From Escherichia phage RB49, in the sequence record NC_005066.1: a stretch of DNA of 64,000 nt. The stretch is one strand, 5' to 3'. Position 1 is the stretch's first letter. The number at the start of each line of letters is the position of its first letter. Of this stretch, positions 9,490 to 19,496 are shown one piece after another. The notes below the pieces were generated by a model. The model was not told the origin of the DNA. It saw only the letters and a list, made by a program, of their open reading frames with translations, and did no database searches. Position numbers and translations under genes: made by a program.

Positions 9490-10014
9490 TTAGTAGCCGC
9501 GTTCTTGACGGGCGAAGTTTTCAGCATTTTTCAGATAGTACAGAATAAAGAGTTCTTGAGCGTCAATACCCAGCGGGATCATCTTTGACAGAATGAAGTG
9601 GATCGCGTCCACAAATTCAAATTTCACTTCAAGCTGATCTTCCGGTGACAGTTCAGAGAATTTACGCGCTCGCGCTTCTCCGTGGTTCTTTTTCCACATT
9701 TTCCAGATTGCACTTGCATCTTTACCATTGGACATTCCACCCAGCGATGTGTAAAGCTCTCGTGTTTCGTCTGCGATAGCGTCATCCATCCGTTGCATCC
9801 AATCCAGCATTTCACCGCAAGTCTCTAGCTTAGTTGGATTTGGGACCCAATCAAATTTTTCGGATAATGCAACCTGCAAACCAGTTTGCATTTCGAGCAT
9901 CACCTGAAACGGATCTTTACCTTCTGCAATCGCGTGATGATATGCGGCGATAGCCGCGTTAATATCTTTTTCGTTAACCAGACCAGCACAAGAATTAAAT
10001 TCTGACATATTCAC
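9490..10014 (-). CDS. 56: dCTP pyrophosphatase (dCTPase/dUTPase)
   Basis: 174 aa all-alpha NTP-pyrophosphatase-like sequence; position between mod and 61. Confidence 0.65.
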   Translation of the reverse strand: MNMSEFNSCAGLVNEKDINAAIAAYHHAIAEGKDPFQVMLEMQTGLQVALSEKFDWVPNPTKLETCGEMLDWMQRMDDAIADETRELYTSLGGMSNGKDASAIWKMWKKNHGEARARKFSELSPEDQLEVKFEFVDAIHFILSKMIPLGIDAQELFILYYLKNAENFARQERGY

Positions 10015-10022
10015 CTCATTAA

Positions 10023-11051
10023 TTAAAATTTACAATATTTCATAAACCGCATTTTAGCCATCAGACCTTGTACGGTGTTCTCTTTGATATATTCCATGAT
10101 CTGGTCGCGTGTAGCGCCCTCGTCCTGAATCATGGCGTTAACGTCTTTAGAATGCCACGGGCAGCGATCCCACAAAACAATCTTTTCCCCTGCATTGATA
10201 AACTTTTCCAGTCGGTGCATTGTATCGGCAGACCGTGGTTCCGCATCAAGTACAAACACTCGCTGGTCTGGGAAAGGGATTTCATCTAATCCCAACGTAC
10301 CGCCAGTAATTGCACACCCGTTATCAATAAACAATGAATCGATCGGACCTTCTAAGAAATACACTGGTTTACTCGGATCGGCGCGTTCAAGACCATAGAC
10401 CTTACTCGCTAACTCATGAGTTTTAATCGTCATATATTTGGTCTTTCCGTAATCCTTTCTCAATGCTCTCCCCTGAATGGATTCTATCTTGTTCTCGCGG
10501 TTAAAGATAGGAATCACTAAACGCGGTTCAGGTTGTGGATTCTTGAAAGTATCAGCCTTAATGTGATTTGCTACCTTTTGCCATTCTCTCGTGAAATACA
10601 GAAGATCCCATTTATCGTGAGGGATGCAACGATCACTGACATACTTTATTATAGGATGATTAGCCGGAAGAGTATCTAATCTCTCGCAGAAAGGCAATGT
10701 TTGCACTTTCTTAATCTCCGGCTTTTCTACCTTTTTCAGTGGCTTGAACGTGGTGTTCTTGTGGTCGCCTTGTTCCTTCCGTCTCTCCATAAGCCATTCC
10801 CTGAATAGGTCCGGCTTATACTGTTTGAGAAATTCACCTAACGGCTGATTGTAGTTACAGTTGAAACAACCACAACGCAAACTATCCTTATAGGTATAGA
10901 TACGGAATCGCGCTTGAGTATGATTTTTCTTTGAGTCACCGCAGATCGGACAACTACAGACCAGCGTAAATGAGCTAGTATGCAACCGTTTAAAATTTCG
11001 TTCGCCGTATATGGCTTTTTCCGCTATTTCATAATCTGCGTAGTAAATCAT
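10023..11051 (-). CDS. 61: DNA primase
   Basis: 342 aa; zinc ribbon CPICGDSK...CFNCNY, Toprim FLEGPIDSLFIDNGCAITGG; near-collinear with T4 gp61. Confidence 0.9.
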   Translation of the reverse strand: MIYYADYEIAEKAIYGERNFKRLHTSSFTLVCSCPICGDSKKNHTQARFRIYTYKDSLRCGCFNCNYNQPLGEFLKQYKPDLFREWLMERRKEQGDHKNTTFKPLKKVEKPEIKKVQTLPFCERLDTLPANHPIIKYVSDRCIPHDKWDLLYFTREWQKVANHIKADTFKNPQPEPRLVIPIFNRENKIESIQGRALRKDYGKTKYMTIKTHELASKVYGLERADPSKPVYFLEGPIDSLFIDNGCAITGGTLGLDEIPFPDQRVFVLDAEPRSADTMHRLEKFINAGEKIVLWDRCPWHSKDVNAMIQDEGATRDQIMEYIKENTVQGLMAKMRFMKYCKF

Positions 11052-11060
11052 ATTAACCTC

Positions 11061-11264
11061 TTATAACTCAAATTTCATGAAAGTTCCCACACTTTCATTT
11101 TCATTCTCTCCGTTTTCATCTAAGCCAAATTTATAGACACTACCATCTGGCGATGTGTAAGAGAATACACGAAAACGGCCTACCGGGTCAAGTTCTGTAA
11201 ATTCATATTCTTTTCCGGCTTCAAAAAGTGCATATGTGCTTTTAAGACATTTCATCGTAATCAT
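11061..11264 (-). CDS. hypothetical protein
   Basis: 67 aa ORF downstream of small coupled ORFs. Confidence 0.45.
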   Translation of the reverse strand: MITMKCLKSTYALFEAGKEYEFTELDPVGRFRVFSYTSPDGSVYKFGLDENGENENESVGTFMKFEL

Positions 11265-11404
11265 TTAAGCGCCACCGACAACAGGATGAGAACTACACCA
11301 ACATACATTGTGATCTCGGATAACTTTTCTGTTTTTGTTTTGTGTCCAGATAATCCGAAAACAACAACACCGACAATAGCGGACAGCAAGCCAACGATAA
11401 ACAT
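11261..11404 (-). CDS. small membrane protein (47 aa, below cutoff)
   Basis: hand-translated MFIVGLLSAIVGVVVFGL...; ATGA overlap with next ORF start. Confidence 0.35.
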   Translation of the reverse strand: MFIVGLLSAIVGVVVFGLSGHKTKTEKLSEITMYVGVVLILLSVALK

Positions 11405-11411
11405 GATGATA

Positions 11412-11588
11412 CTAAGCACCGTCTTTCTCCTTTTTGCGTTTTTCTTTACCCGCTACACTAGGTCCACGATTGGTAATAGATCCGCTCGTTTCACCTGCTG
11501 CGATCTTCTCAGGATTGCCGCCAGCATCGCCAGCGGTCATATCTTCTTTGAGTTTATTTTCTTCAACAAACTGTTTAAATCCAATCAT
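11412..11588 (-). CDS. small hypothetical protein (58 aa, below cutoff)
   Basis: hand-translated MIGFKQFVEENKLKED...; ATGA overlap with upstream ORF stop. Confidence 0.35.
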   Translation of the reverse strand: MIGFKQFVEENKLKEDMTAGDAGGNPEKIAAGETSGSITNRGPSVAGKEKRKKEKDGA

Positions 11589-11962
11589 AGAATAATCTCT
11601 TTCAGTAAGTCAACAATCTGGTCTTTCGTCAGTTTATCCTGATTCTCTACAATCTTGATAACACAAGCATTAACATCTTTTCGAGTCACGCGGGAGATCG
11701 TTTTAATACGATGAAACGGTTCGTAGAAATATACTGCTTCATTATAGAGCGCAGCAATTTTTCGACGCATTTGATCTTTATCTGACAAGAAAACAAGTGC
11801 TGTTTTATGACCTTCTACACCCGCCACGTTATATAGTTCAGCAACACCCCAGCGACCTTCCGGTTCAATCATTCCGGCGTGTTTACCGTCGATAAAAATA
11901 AGAATATCTCCGTTGAATGCGGTTTTAAATGCTACATCTTCCGGTGTAATCATATTTTTCAT
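11585..11962 (-). CDS. hypothetical protein
   Basis: 125 aa ORF between 61 and 41. Confidence 0.5.
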   Translation of the reverse strand: MKNMITPEDVAFKTAFNGDILIFIDGKHAGMIEPEGRWGVAELYNVAGVEGHKTALVFLSDKDQMRRKIAALYNEAVYFYEPFHRIKTISRVTRKDVNACVIKIVENQDKLTKDQIVDLLKEIIL

Positions 11963-11992
11963 AATATAGTCTCCTTAGAGTTTCATTATAGA

Positions 11993-12628
11993 TCAAGCGA
12001 ATGTAGAAAGCAAATGTTTTGTTTCTTTCAGTTGTCTTTCAAGATCTTTGCGTTTCTCTTTAAGTTGCATTTTAGCATTATTTCGCTGTTTTTCAACATC
12101 TTTATCGATGTGCTTAGTCCAATTATCAATATCAGAATAAGTTGGCATACCCAATTCTAAGCCTAATGCGGTTGGATACAGGGTAACAGTCCATAAACCG
12201 CTAATCTTCTTAAACAGGTCGGGGTGTAGTGTACTACCTACATCTTCCGGTGTCAACTCTTTTTCTTCTTTCAGTGGTGGGATCTCGTCATATGGTTCCA
12301 GTGCATTTACTTTAATATCAGATACCTCATCAAAGAATCCGCGTACATCCGCAGGAAATACACAAGCAATTTCCCAACCGTGATCACGCAGAGAAGTAAT
12401 ATTTTTCACTCCCCCACCATGTGTGATGATTGATGTGACATTGCCATCAAGGTCCACCGAATTTACGAGAAATGGCTTATCGTCTGTCAGATCATTATAA
12501 AACTGTGCTTCGGCTGTAGTCATCTCCAGAAACAGATCTCGGATCGGACGACCATCAGGTGCGTTACCTTCCTTGAGAGTATAAAAGCGACTTACGATCC
12601 ATTTTGGCGGTAAAGCATTAGCGATCAT
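11993..12628 (-). CDS. hypothetical protein
   Basis: 211 aa ORF between 61 and 41. Confidence 0.5.
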   Translation of the reverse strand: MIANALPPKWIVSRFYTLKEGNAPDGRPIRDLFLEMTTAEAQFYNDLTDDKPFLVNSVDLDGNVTSIITHGGGVKNITSLRDHGWEIACVFPADVRGFFDEVSDIKVNALEPYDEIPPLKEEKELTPEDVGSTLHPDLFKKISGLWTVTLYPTALGLELGMPTYSDIDNWTKHIDKDVEKQRNNAKMQLKEKRKDLERQLKETKHLLSTFA

Positions 12629-12678
12629 GTTATATCTCCTATCAAATCATTCACCAGCGCCCCACAGGGCGCATTTTA

Positions 12679-14091
12679 TTAGAAAGTCATGTTATTTGCT
12701 AGCTCGTCGAGTTTTTCTCGTTTCTCGGCTTGCTGTGCGCTTTGTGGTTTAACTTGTGCATTCTCCTGATCTGCGATCTGGTTTGGTACTTCATACCAAC
12801 GCTGATTGCCTTTTTTCACACCAACGTTAAACCGTGAATAATAGTTCTTGTCACCGTAACGAGACTTGATCTGCTTCATGAGTTGAACGCCCATTTTAGC
12901 AAGGTCTTCGGTCTCGATAACACCCAACATAAAATCGGCTGTAGCCGGAAGACCTGCTGATTCAGCGGTATCACTCATGTTAAGGTCGGAAGCATCCCAA
13001 CCCGCGCGGGTAGTCTGTGCCGCAGTCCAACCAACAACATCCCACTTAACAAAAAATCCTCGCAGTTCTTCCGCAATCGCCTTAACTAGTGTGTAACTAT
13101 TTTCAGAGTATACACGCAAGCGAGACGATGCGCAAATCCCCAGATAGTCAACAATCACAACATCAGGTTTAAACTGTTTCTTGAGTCGCAATTCATTCAT
13201 TAACGCCTCAAAGTGATTGGAGTTCGCGCCACCAGTAGGATACTGCTTGATCATCAATTTTCCAACCGGACGATCTCCGATCTTCTTATTCTTAACACGC
13301 TTCATACGTGCGGAATATTCCGCAAAAGAAACATTACCATTATCCAATTCATCTAATGTAATGTCAAGCAAGTTTGCGTCGATACGTTTGGCTACGACAT
13401 GCTCTGCCATCTCCATTGAGATATACAATACATCATAACCACATTCCATATAATCCGCAGCAAGAGAACACAATCCAAGCGATTTACCAACGTTTACACC
13501 AGCAAGCAACACATTTAGCGTTTTTCTTTCCGCCCCTCCTTTCGTGATTTTATTCAACATCGGCAGCTTAAACGGGATCTTATTCGCCTTAGTCTGATAT
13601 AGCAAGAATCGTTTTTCAAAGTCATTAAACCAGTCATGACCTACATCAGAATCAAACGTAATGGATAGTGCTTCCTGCATGATCTCAGGAATAGCACCCT
13701 CACTCGGCAATTTCTTATTCTGTTTCTCTTTTGGTAGTTGTGCGTTCGCCTGAATCTCTAGCGCCCGTGACATTGCATTATACATGGCACGGTCACGAAT
13801 AAATTTTTCGGTTTCCTTCATTAACCAATCAAGGTCTTCCGGTGTATTCTCAAGCGAATCAAGAAGAGTTTTAGCCCCTTCATATGTTGTCTGATTGCCT
13901 CTCTCCTTGTCTAAAGCAATCTGTAATGCAGTTGGCGTAGGAATGTTGGAATATTCGTCTACGTGCTTTTTAATCAGCTTATAAATCAGTTTTTCTTCGT
14001 CTTCGGTGAAGTAGTCCGCTTTAAGGTGAGGCCATACATTCGTAAAGAATGCGCCATTGTAAATCAACTGTGAAAAGATAGTTTTAATCAT
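12679..14091 (-). CDS. 41: replicative DNA helicase (DnaB-like)
   Basis: 470 aa; Walker A GVNVGKS, RecA-like core; ATG at 14089-14091; order 61-41-uvsX. Confidence 0.9.
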   Translation of the reverse strand: MIKTIFSQLIYNGAFFTNVWPHLKADYFTEDEEKLIYKLIKKHVDEYSNIPTPTALQIALDKERGNQTTYEGAKTLLDSLENTPEDLDWLMKETEKFIRDRAMYNAMSRALEIQANAQLPKEKQNKKLPSEGAIPEIMQEALSITFDSDVGHDWFNDFEKRFLLYQTKANKIPFKLPMLNKITKGGAERKTLNVLLAGVNVGKSLGLCSLAADYMECGYDVLYISMEMAEHVVAKRIDANLLDITLDELDNGNVSFAEYSARMKRVKNKKIGDRPVGKLMIKQYPTGGANSNHFEALMNELRLKKQFKPDVVIVDYLGICASSRLRVYSENSYTLVKAIAEELRGFFVKWDVVGWTAAQTTRAGWDASDLNMSDTAESAGLPATADFMLGVIETEDLAKMGVQLMKQIKSRYGDKNYYSRFNVGVKKGNQRWYEVPNQIADQENAQVKPQSAQQAEKREKLDELANNMTF

Positions 14092-14405
14092 ACATAGCCC
14101 CCAACTACACGCATAACAAAGGTCTTGAGTTTATACCAGAAAGTTTCTTTTTTCAACTTTTCTTCTGCTTCTTTGATCTGCGCGGTTAACGCCTTAATGA
14201 CGTGTGGATATACCACATCACGATCTGACGGCGTGGAGTAGTCGACCACAATACCTTTAGTGTCTGGATCGTATTCAACATTATGAATATAGACAATATG
14301 ATGTTCTCCCTCTTCATCAACAATTATCAGTTCCTGGATAACTGTCTTCATTGCTTCTTGAATCAAGCTGTGTGCTTCTTCTAAACTTGTTGGTTTCTTA
14401 TCCAT
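14088..14405 (-). CDS. hypothetical protein (position of T4 gene 40)
   Basis: 105 aa; ATGA-type overlap with gene 41 start. Confidence 0.45.
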   Translation of the reverse strand: MDKKPTSLEEAHSLIQEAMKTVIQELIIVDEEGEHHIVYIHNVEYDPDTKGIVVDYSTPSDRDVVYPHVIKALTAQIKEAEEKLKKETFWYKLKTFVMRVVGGYV

Positions 14406-14426
14406 AATATAATCCTCTCTAGATAT

Positions 14427-14450
14427 GAAAAAGGGGCACGTAGCCCCTTT
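14427..14450 (-). terminator. rho-independent terminator after uvsX
   Basis: hairpin GGGGC-N5-GCCCC followed by U-run on minus strand. Confidence 0.55.
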
Positions 14451-14460
14451 ACTACCATTG

Positions 14461-15531
14461 TTATGCTAACATATCTTCGATTTCTTTGTCAACTGCTTCG
14501 TCGCTGATCACTTGCCCCAGCTTATAATGATCGTTGATTGCTTCGTTAAACTTATCGTTTGTCAGAAGTGGTTTCCAGAACTCAATGCTATTGGTTTCTT
14601 TAGCACGGAACTTGCGTTCTTCGGTTTCCATCTCTCCGGTCTCGGTATTTAGGATTGAACGAGAATACCAGCCGTTTGACGGTTTCACTACCCAGCCTAA
14701 CTCTACAGCCAATTCCAGCAAGCCGGAATAAGGATCGATGCCACCGCTAAATGTTACGCTAATCGGGAACTTAGATTTTTCTTTAACGGTTCGTGATTTT
14801 TCCGCATTCAGGATAAAATCATAACCAGTAATTTCGGTTCCTTCTTTCTGCTGACGACGACCAATAATGAAAACTTCATTGGCTGAATACATCGCGCCCG
14901 TACCGCCGGACATAACGGTCTTACTAAACATTTCTTGCGTTTCGTAAGTGTGGTTAATAGCGATGCACGGGATATCATTCATAGTCAGATACGGCGTCAC
15001 CATACGGAACAAGCCTTTAAGTGCTTTAGCTCGCGTCATATCCTGTGCGGATTTCTCATTAATCGCGTCTTCAACTTCTTTTTTACTTGCTAAGTTACCG
15101 ATTGAGTCAATAAAGATGATCACTTTATCTTCACGGGTAATTTGCTCAAGCTGGTTCATGATTTCAAATTTAAGTTCTTCGATGTTCTTGATTGGAACAT
15201 GCACCACGCGATCAGGATCTACACCCATAGATTCAAGATAAGCGGATGTAATACCGAACTCAGAATCAAAGAACAAGCAAGCCGCATCGGGATTCTGTTT
15301 CATGTATGCACTAACACAAGTTAATCCCATGTTTGATTTAAAGTGCTTAGACGGACCAGCAAAGAAAATTAGACCCGATTGAAAACCTTTTTTAAGATCA
15401 CCGGAAAACGCAATATTCAGCATCGGGATCTTAGTGCGAGTATTTGTTTTTTCGTTAAAGAAGCTGGATTTAGACAGTACCGCAGTAGTTTTCAGGGTAG
15501 AGTTCTTTTTCAGTTTTTCCAGTACAGACAT
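14461..15531 (-). CDS. uvsX: UvsX recombinase (RecA-like)
   Basis: 356 aa; Walker A GPSKHFKS, RecA fold; SD AGAGG. Confidence 0.9.
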   Translation of the reverse strand: MSVLEKLKKNSTLKTTAVLSKSSFFNEKTNTRTKIPMLNIAFSGDLKKGFQSGLIFFAGPSKHFKSNMGLTCVSAYMKQNPDAACLFFDSEFGITSAYLESMGVDPDRVVHVPIKNIEELKFEIMNQLEQITREDKVIIFIDSIGNLASKKEVEDAINEKSAQDMTRAKALKGLFRMVTPYLTMNDIPCIAINHTYETQEMFSKTVMSGGTGAMYSANEVFIIGRRQQKEGTEITGYDFILNAEKSRTVKEKSKFPISVTFSGGIDPYSGLLELAVELGWVVKPSNGWYSRSILNTETGEMETEERKFRAKETNSIEFWKPLLTNDKFNEAINDHYKLGQVISDEAVDKEIEDMLA

Positions 15532-15542
15532 TATTAATACCT

Positions 15543-15770
15543 CTATTCAGTTAATCCGTAATACTTTAATTGCTTCATTGTTATTCGATCTTTGTAATGC
15601 TCTTGAATTAACTTTTTCATCGCATCAACATCGATCGTCACAAATACTTCGTTGCTGTGATTTCCGTGAACTTTCTTGAAATGATCTATGCCTTCCTCAC
15701 GTTCACGTTTAATCTTTTCAATGTCTCTCATAGTATATTTCTCACGTTGGCGGGTATCGTCACCCAACAC
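15543..15770 (-). CDS. hypothetical protein
   Basis: 75 aa, the only ORF between 43 and uvsX. Confidence 0.4.
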   Translation of the reverse strand: MLGDDTRQREKYTMRDIEKIKREREEGIDHFKKVHGNHSNEVFVTIDVDAMKKLIQEHYKDRITMKQLKYYGLTE

Positions 15771-15792
15771 CCGCCATTATACACACTTTATC

Positions 15793-18471
15793 TTAAATGT
15801 CAAACAGGTCCGTAAGCGATGCCACTTTTTCATATTGCAGCTTTGCAGCCGTGGTAATGTTCTCAAGTGGTTTGACGAAAGTCTTATTAAACAACAAAGG
15901 CCAGTCCAACCACTTCAACACCTCCGATTCAATTTCTGGAGGAATACGAGTACCAGACAACCAACCAAAACAGATTTCTCCAAACGGATTTCGATCTTTA
16001 AGCGGTACAATCATAACCTTCTCGCCTTCACGAATCGGATCTAGTCCGAATTTTCGAGCATTACGATTATAACACAATACACTCTTAACCGCATACGGAC
16101 AACCCTTAATCGGATACCCGTTTGAATCGCTGTATTTCTGTAGGTTGTTTGCAGATGATACCGCAGCAACCTCAAGATAATCAAGTTTTCTAAATTCTTG
16201 CTCAAAAATACCGTAGTATTCCTGCAATGACTCTTCACCTTCCTGCAACATACGGCGAATACATTCTTTCAGTGATTTCTGACATGCTTTAGGGGTGGAG
16301 CTACGTTGCGTTTCCAAGCCCATGATTTTTAGCTTAGGTTCAGCAAAGCGCGTTCCTTCCATATCCCAAACATTAAGAGCATAACGCTTTTTGCCAGTCC
16401 AGAATCCACCGATACCCGCAGATTTCAACGGAGGACCAGCAATTGCCTCACGGTCCATAAACATCAAGTGCTCATAGTTGTTCATGTACTCGCATAACTC
16501 GCGATATCCCTTGTCGATAATAGGTTCCATTCGATGTTTACCGAAATTATCAAGGAAGTCAACAAGTTTTTCGGTATCGTCGAAACGGTCTTCCCCGCCA
16601 ACCTTATCAACAACATTGTTAACCAGCACATAAACGGAGTCAGTATCACAATAACGAACATATGCAAAATCAGTTGTTCCGCAAAGCTCGTTTAAGTATT
16701 CGTTAATCTTACGCTCAATCCACTGAATTGCAAGCTGACCGAACAGTGTGATCGCACTAGCGTTACGGAGATCATAAAAACGGAATTTAGGATTCCCCAA
16801 CGCACCATAAAGGGAGTTGATCAAAACTTTTCGAGAAAGCTGGTTTGTATTGCACAAGATCGACTCGTCTTTACATTCTTCCAGCAATTTCTCTAAGGCA
16901 TCTTTGCTCAATTCAGAAAGCATCGATTTAAACGCTTCATCGAAGTCATGACGCACTTCAACGCTATAGCTAATGGTTCCCCCATAAACATGATTTTCAT
17001 CGTGTAGAATCGCTTTACAGAGTTCAGCATTGCGATCACATGCCAACATCATGTTTTTGTACTGCTTACGCTGGTCAAATACCTTTTTAATCTCAATCGG
17101 TACGATACCATGAATATCTTTTCGATACATCCATCCGTTAGGCGAGCAAGAATACTCATCACTAGGACGTGGTGCAGTTTTATTGATATACTCGTGCATC
17201 GGTGCAGCATCAAAAGATCCAGCGATTGTTTCCGGCGAAATGTTGACCTGACGGATGATTGATGGATACAGACTTGTTAAGTCAAAGCTCATCATCCAAC
17301 GGTAAGCATTCGGCACAGGTTCTTTTACAAATGCGCCTGGATACGTCTGCTTAGGCTGTATCTTATTTTCCGGTACTACTTTACCCTCAGCTTTCAGAGA
17401 TCCGAAGATAATAGCATCCCATACTTTCATCGGGTTATAAACATGGTTAAATTTAATCTTTGCATAGAAACATAGACTATACACAAGATCGATAAATCCA
17501 CGCTTTTTATCAATCGCCAGCACACGATCAACGTCGCCGATGTTATAATCGATGTAAAGTTGATGGTTGTCATCACGCAATTTCTTTAACGGACCATCAT
17601 AATCAACCTTACCGATTCCTGTCTCATATTCAGCAACATAATCTAACGCATATGTTGGTTGAGTCGTAAAGCTAAATTTCTTGTACAGGTCAATATAATC
17701 AAGGCTTTCGATCCCCATGATCGTAAATGCTTCACGCTCGTTGCCAAAATCATCCTGTGAGATTCGGGATTTAATCTTACCGCACGGGCTTAGACGGTTA
17801 GCGGTTCTACTTCCGAACTTATTACTGATACGTTTAATGATATATGGAATATCGAATGTTTCTGTGTTCCAGCCAGTGAAACCAACGGGTCGGTTTTCCT
17901 CAAAGAATCGGATGTATTCTAACAGCAATTCATCTTCTGTGTCATAGACGTTATAAACAACGCGCTCTACAATATCAGGTCGAAGAATAGACTTGCTAGA
18001 TTCCCAGATTTCACCGTTTTTTCCTTTCAAATCAAATACAAAGAAACGATCATGTACGGAATCATAATGCGTAATTGCATCGATAGGATATTTCGCTTCT
18101 TCTGGTTTAGGAAATTCTGGGGCAGTGACCTCGATATCAACCCATGCTACACGGATTTTATTTCGGTCATATCGAATCTCGCCTTTATACGTATCAGACA
18201 GATAGGAGATGATAAAATCATCCATCCCTAGCGCCTCTTGCCCCATTTCTCCCATCTTTTTACGCCATTTGTTGGCCTCATTCATAGATGGGAATTTTTT
18301 AGCAATGCAAGGCTTGCCATAGATATCTTTATAATTCGTAACCATACCAGGCGCGGCATGATGAAATAATGTTGGCGTATATTCAACGTAACGCTCTTGT
18401 TCTTGTCCAGCATCATCAATATAACGCTCGTAGATCTTATCACCCACTCGCTCACATGACAGAAAATACAT
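15793..18471 (-). CDS. 43: DNA polymerase (family B)
   Basis: 892 aa from ATG 18469-18471 with AAGGAG SD; exo and pol motifs including YCDTDS; collinear with T4 gp43. Confidence 0.93.
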   Translation of the reverse strand: MYFLSCERVGDKIYERYIDDAGQEQERYVEYTPTLFHHAAPGMVTNYKDIYGKPCIAKKFPSMNEANKWRKKMGEMGQEALGMDDFIISYLSDTYKGEIRYDRNKIRVAWVDIEVTAPEFPKPEEAKYPIDAITHYDSVHDRFFVFDLKGKNGEIWESSKSILRPDIVERVVYNVYDTEDELLLEYIRFFEENRPVGFTGWNTETFDIPYIIKRISNKFGSRTANRLSPCGKIKSRISQDDFGNEREAFTIMGIESLDYIDLYKKFSFTTQPTYALDYVAEYETGIGKVDYDGPLKKLRDDNHQLYIDYNIGDVDRVLAIDKKRGFIDLVYSLCFYAKIKFNHVYNPMKVWDAIIFGSLKAEGKVVPENKIQPKQTYPGAFVKEPVPNAYRWMMSFDLTSLYPSIIRQVNISPETIAGSFDAAPMHEYINKTAPRPSDEYSCSPNGWMYRKDIHGIVPIEIKKVFDQRKQYKNMMLACDRNAELCKAILHDENHVYGGTISYSVEVRHDFDEAFKSMLSELSKDALEKLLEECKDESILCNTNQLSRKVLINSLYGALGNPKFRFYDLRNASAITLFGQLAIQWIERKINEYLNELCGTTDFAYVRYCDTDSVYVLVNNVVDKVGGEDRFDDTEKLVDFLDNFGKHRMEPIIDKGYRELCEYMNNYEHLMFMDREAIAGPPLKSAGIGGFWTGKKRYALNVWDMEGTRFAEPKLKIMGLETQRSSTPKACQKSLKECIRRMLQEGEESLQEYYGIFEQEFRKLDYLEVAAVSSANNLQKYSDSNGYPIKGCPYAVKSVLCYNRNARKFGLDPIREGEKVMIVPLKDRNPFGEICFGWLSGTRIPPEIESEVLKWLDWPLLFNKTFVKPLENITTAAKLQYEKVASLTDLFDI

Positions 18472-18545
18472 AATATAAACTCCTTCATTTACGAAAGACA
18501 CTCATTATAGGGGAATCGACCTAGTTTGTCAATACCCCTATCCCA
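18472..18545 (-). promoter_or_regulatory. sigma70-type promoter for gene 43 with flanking inverted repeat
   Basis: minus strand TTGACA-N17-TATAAT bracketed by TAGGGG/CCCCTA. Confidence 0.55.
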
Positions 18546-18553
18546 TCAGTATC

Positions 18554-18916
18554 TTAGCGTCCGATCTGATATTTCTCGATCAGCGTCCACTCTTCTTTCT
18601 GTTTGAAAGACAGTACACGGAAATTATTAACTTCGGTAGTTTCAAAATCACTATCAATCAGGGTACACAGATTCCACTGCGCAAGAAGTTTTGCAATGTT
18701 ATTACGGCGTAATTCATCTTCCCACGTCATTTTAACACTACGACCATCTAATTTCAACAACTCCTTGAAATGAACGATGTAATAGCGCCCCTTCTTCTGG
18801 AGAATATGACAAGACTGATACAGTGTCTTGTCTCGATTGTTGGCAATGCCGCAGCGGGTTAAAGTCTCCTTAATTTTAAGGAAGTTTTCAGGACTAATCA
18901 AATTAATTTCAATCAT
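18554..18916 (-). CDS. regA: RegA translational repressor
   Basis: 120 aa; MIEI...LTR.GIANN.DK.LYQSCHILQKKG.YYIVHFKE core as in T4 RegA. Confidence 0.9.
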   Translation of the reverse strand: MIEINLISPENFLKIKETLTRCGIANNRDKTLYQSCHILQKKGRYYIVHFKELLKLDGRSVKMTWEDELRRNNIAKLLAQWNLCTLIDSDFETTEVNNFRVLSFKQKEEWTLIEKYQIGR

Positions 18917-18917
18917 T

Positions 18918-19496
18918 TTACCACCTTTCTATAATCTTTTTAAGTCGTTTCCTTTCTGTCTGATTCTTAGTAACACCCGCCAAAAGTTCATCGGTCGCAT
19001 ACGGTTTAATATGCTTCAATAACTTGTCCATATATCCCTTTTCATTAGCCAAATCGAGATAAAACCGGGCGTCATCCATATTTACACAATATGCTTTCGC
19101 CACTGCCATTAAAACCAATTTTTGGTCCAATTCTTCTGTTAGTTTAGCCCATTTACCGTATCGTTTCCCCTTAGAAATACTCTGTAAGAGATAATCAAAA
19201 TGCATTTGATCTGGGAGGCCATGACCGATTAAATTCATCACATACGCGCTATATAGGCAATCTGCGTGCTGGGAAAGAGCGGTATTAATCCATCTCTGAT
19301 TGTATGCAGAATTATTCCCCACATTAACGCGCTGTTTATCTAAGGTGATATGATCCATCAGAGCAAATAATGCATTGTCGGTTTTCTCGGTGAATGTATC
19401 CGCTAATTCAGACACCTTTTCCCAATCACGAGAGCGCCATGCAATTTCATGCTCGTTTAATTGTGTATCATCTTCACCGAAAAATTGACCTAACAT
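18918..19496 (-). CDS. 62: clamp loader small subunit
   Basis: 192 aa; KRYGKWAKL motif; start overlaps gene 44 stop. Confidence 0.8.
   Translation of the reverse strand: MLGQFFGEDDTQLNEHEIAWRSRDWEKVSELADTFTEKTDNALFALMDHITLDKQRVNVGNNSAYNQRWINTALSQHADCLYSAYVMNLIGHGLPDQMHFDYLLQSISKGKRYGKWAKLTEELDQKLVLMAVAKAYCVNMDDARFYLDLANEKGYMDKLLKHIKPYATDELLAGVTKNQTERKRLKKIIERW

Noticed and set aside
9624-9815. Minus-strand ORFs nested in alternative frames of larger genes (9624-9815, 19528-19746, 22400-22600, 22976-23215, 26055-26345, 27578-27835, 33489-33737, 34902-35138, 50636-50821)
   Set aside because: They lie out of frame inside recognised genes (56, 44, 46, 47, 55, nrdD and others) and have no independent initiation signals.
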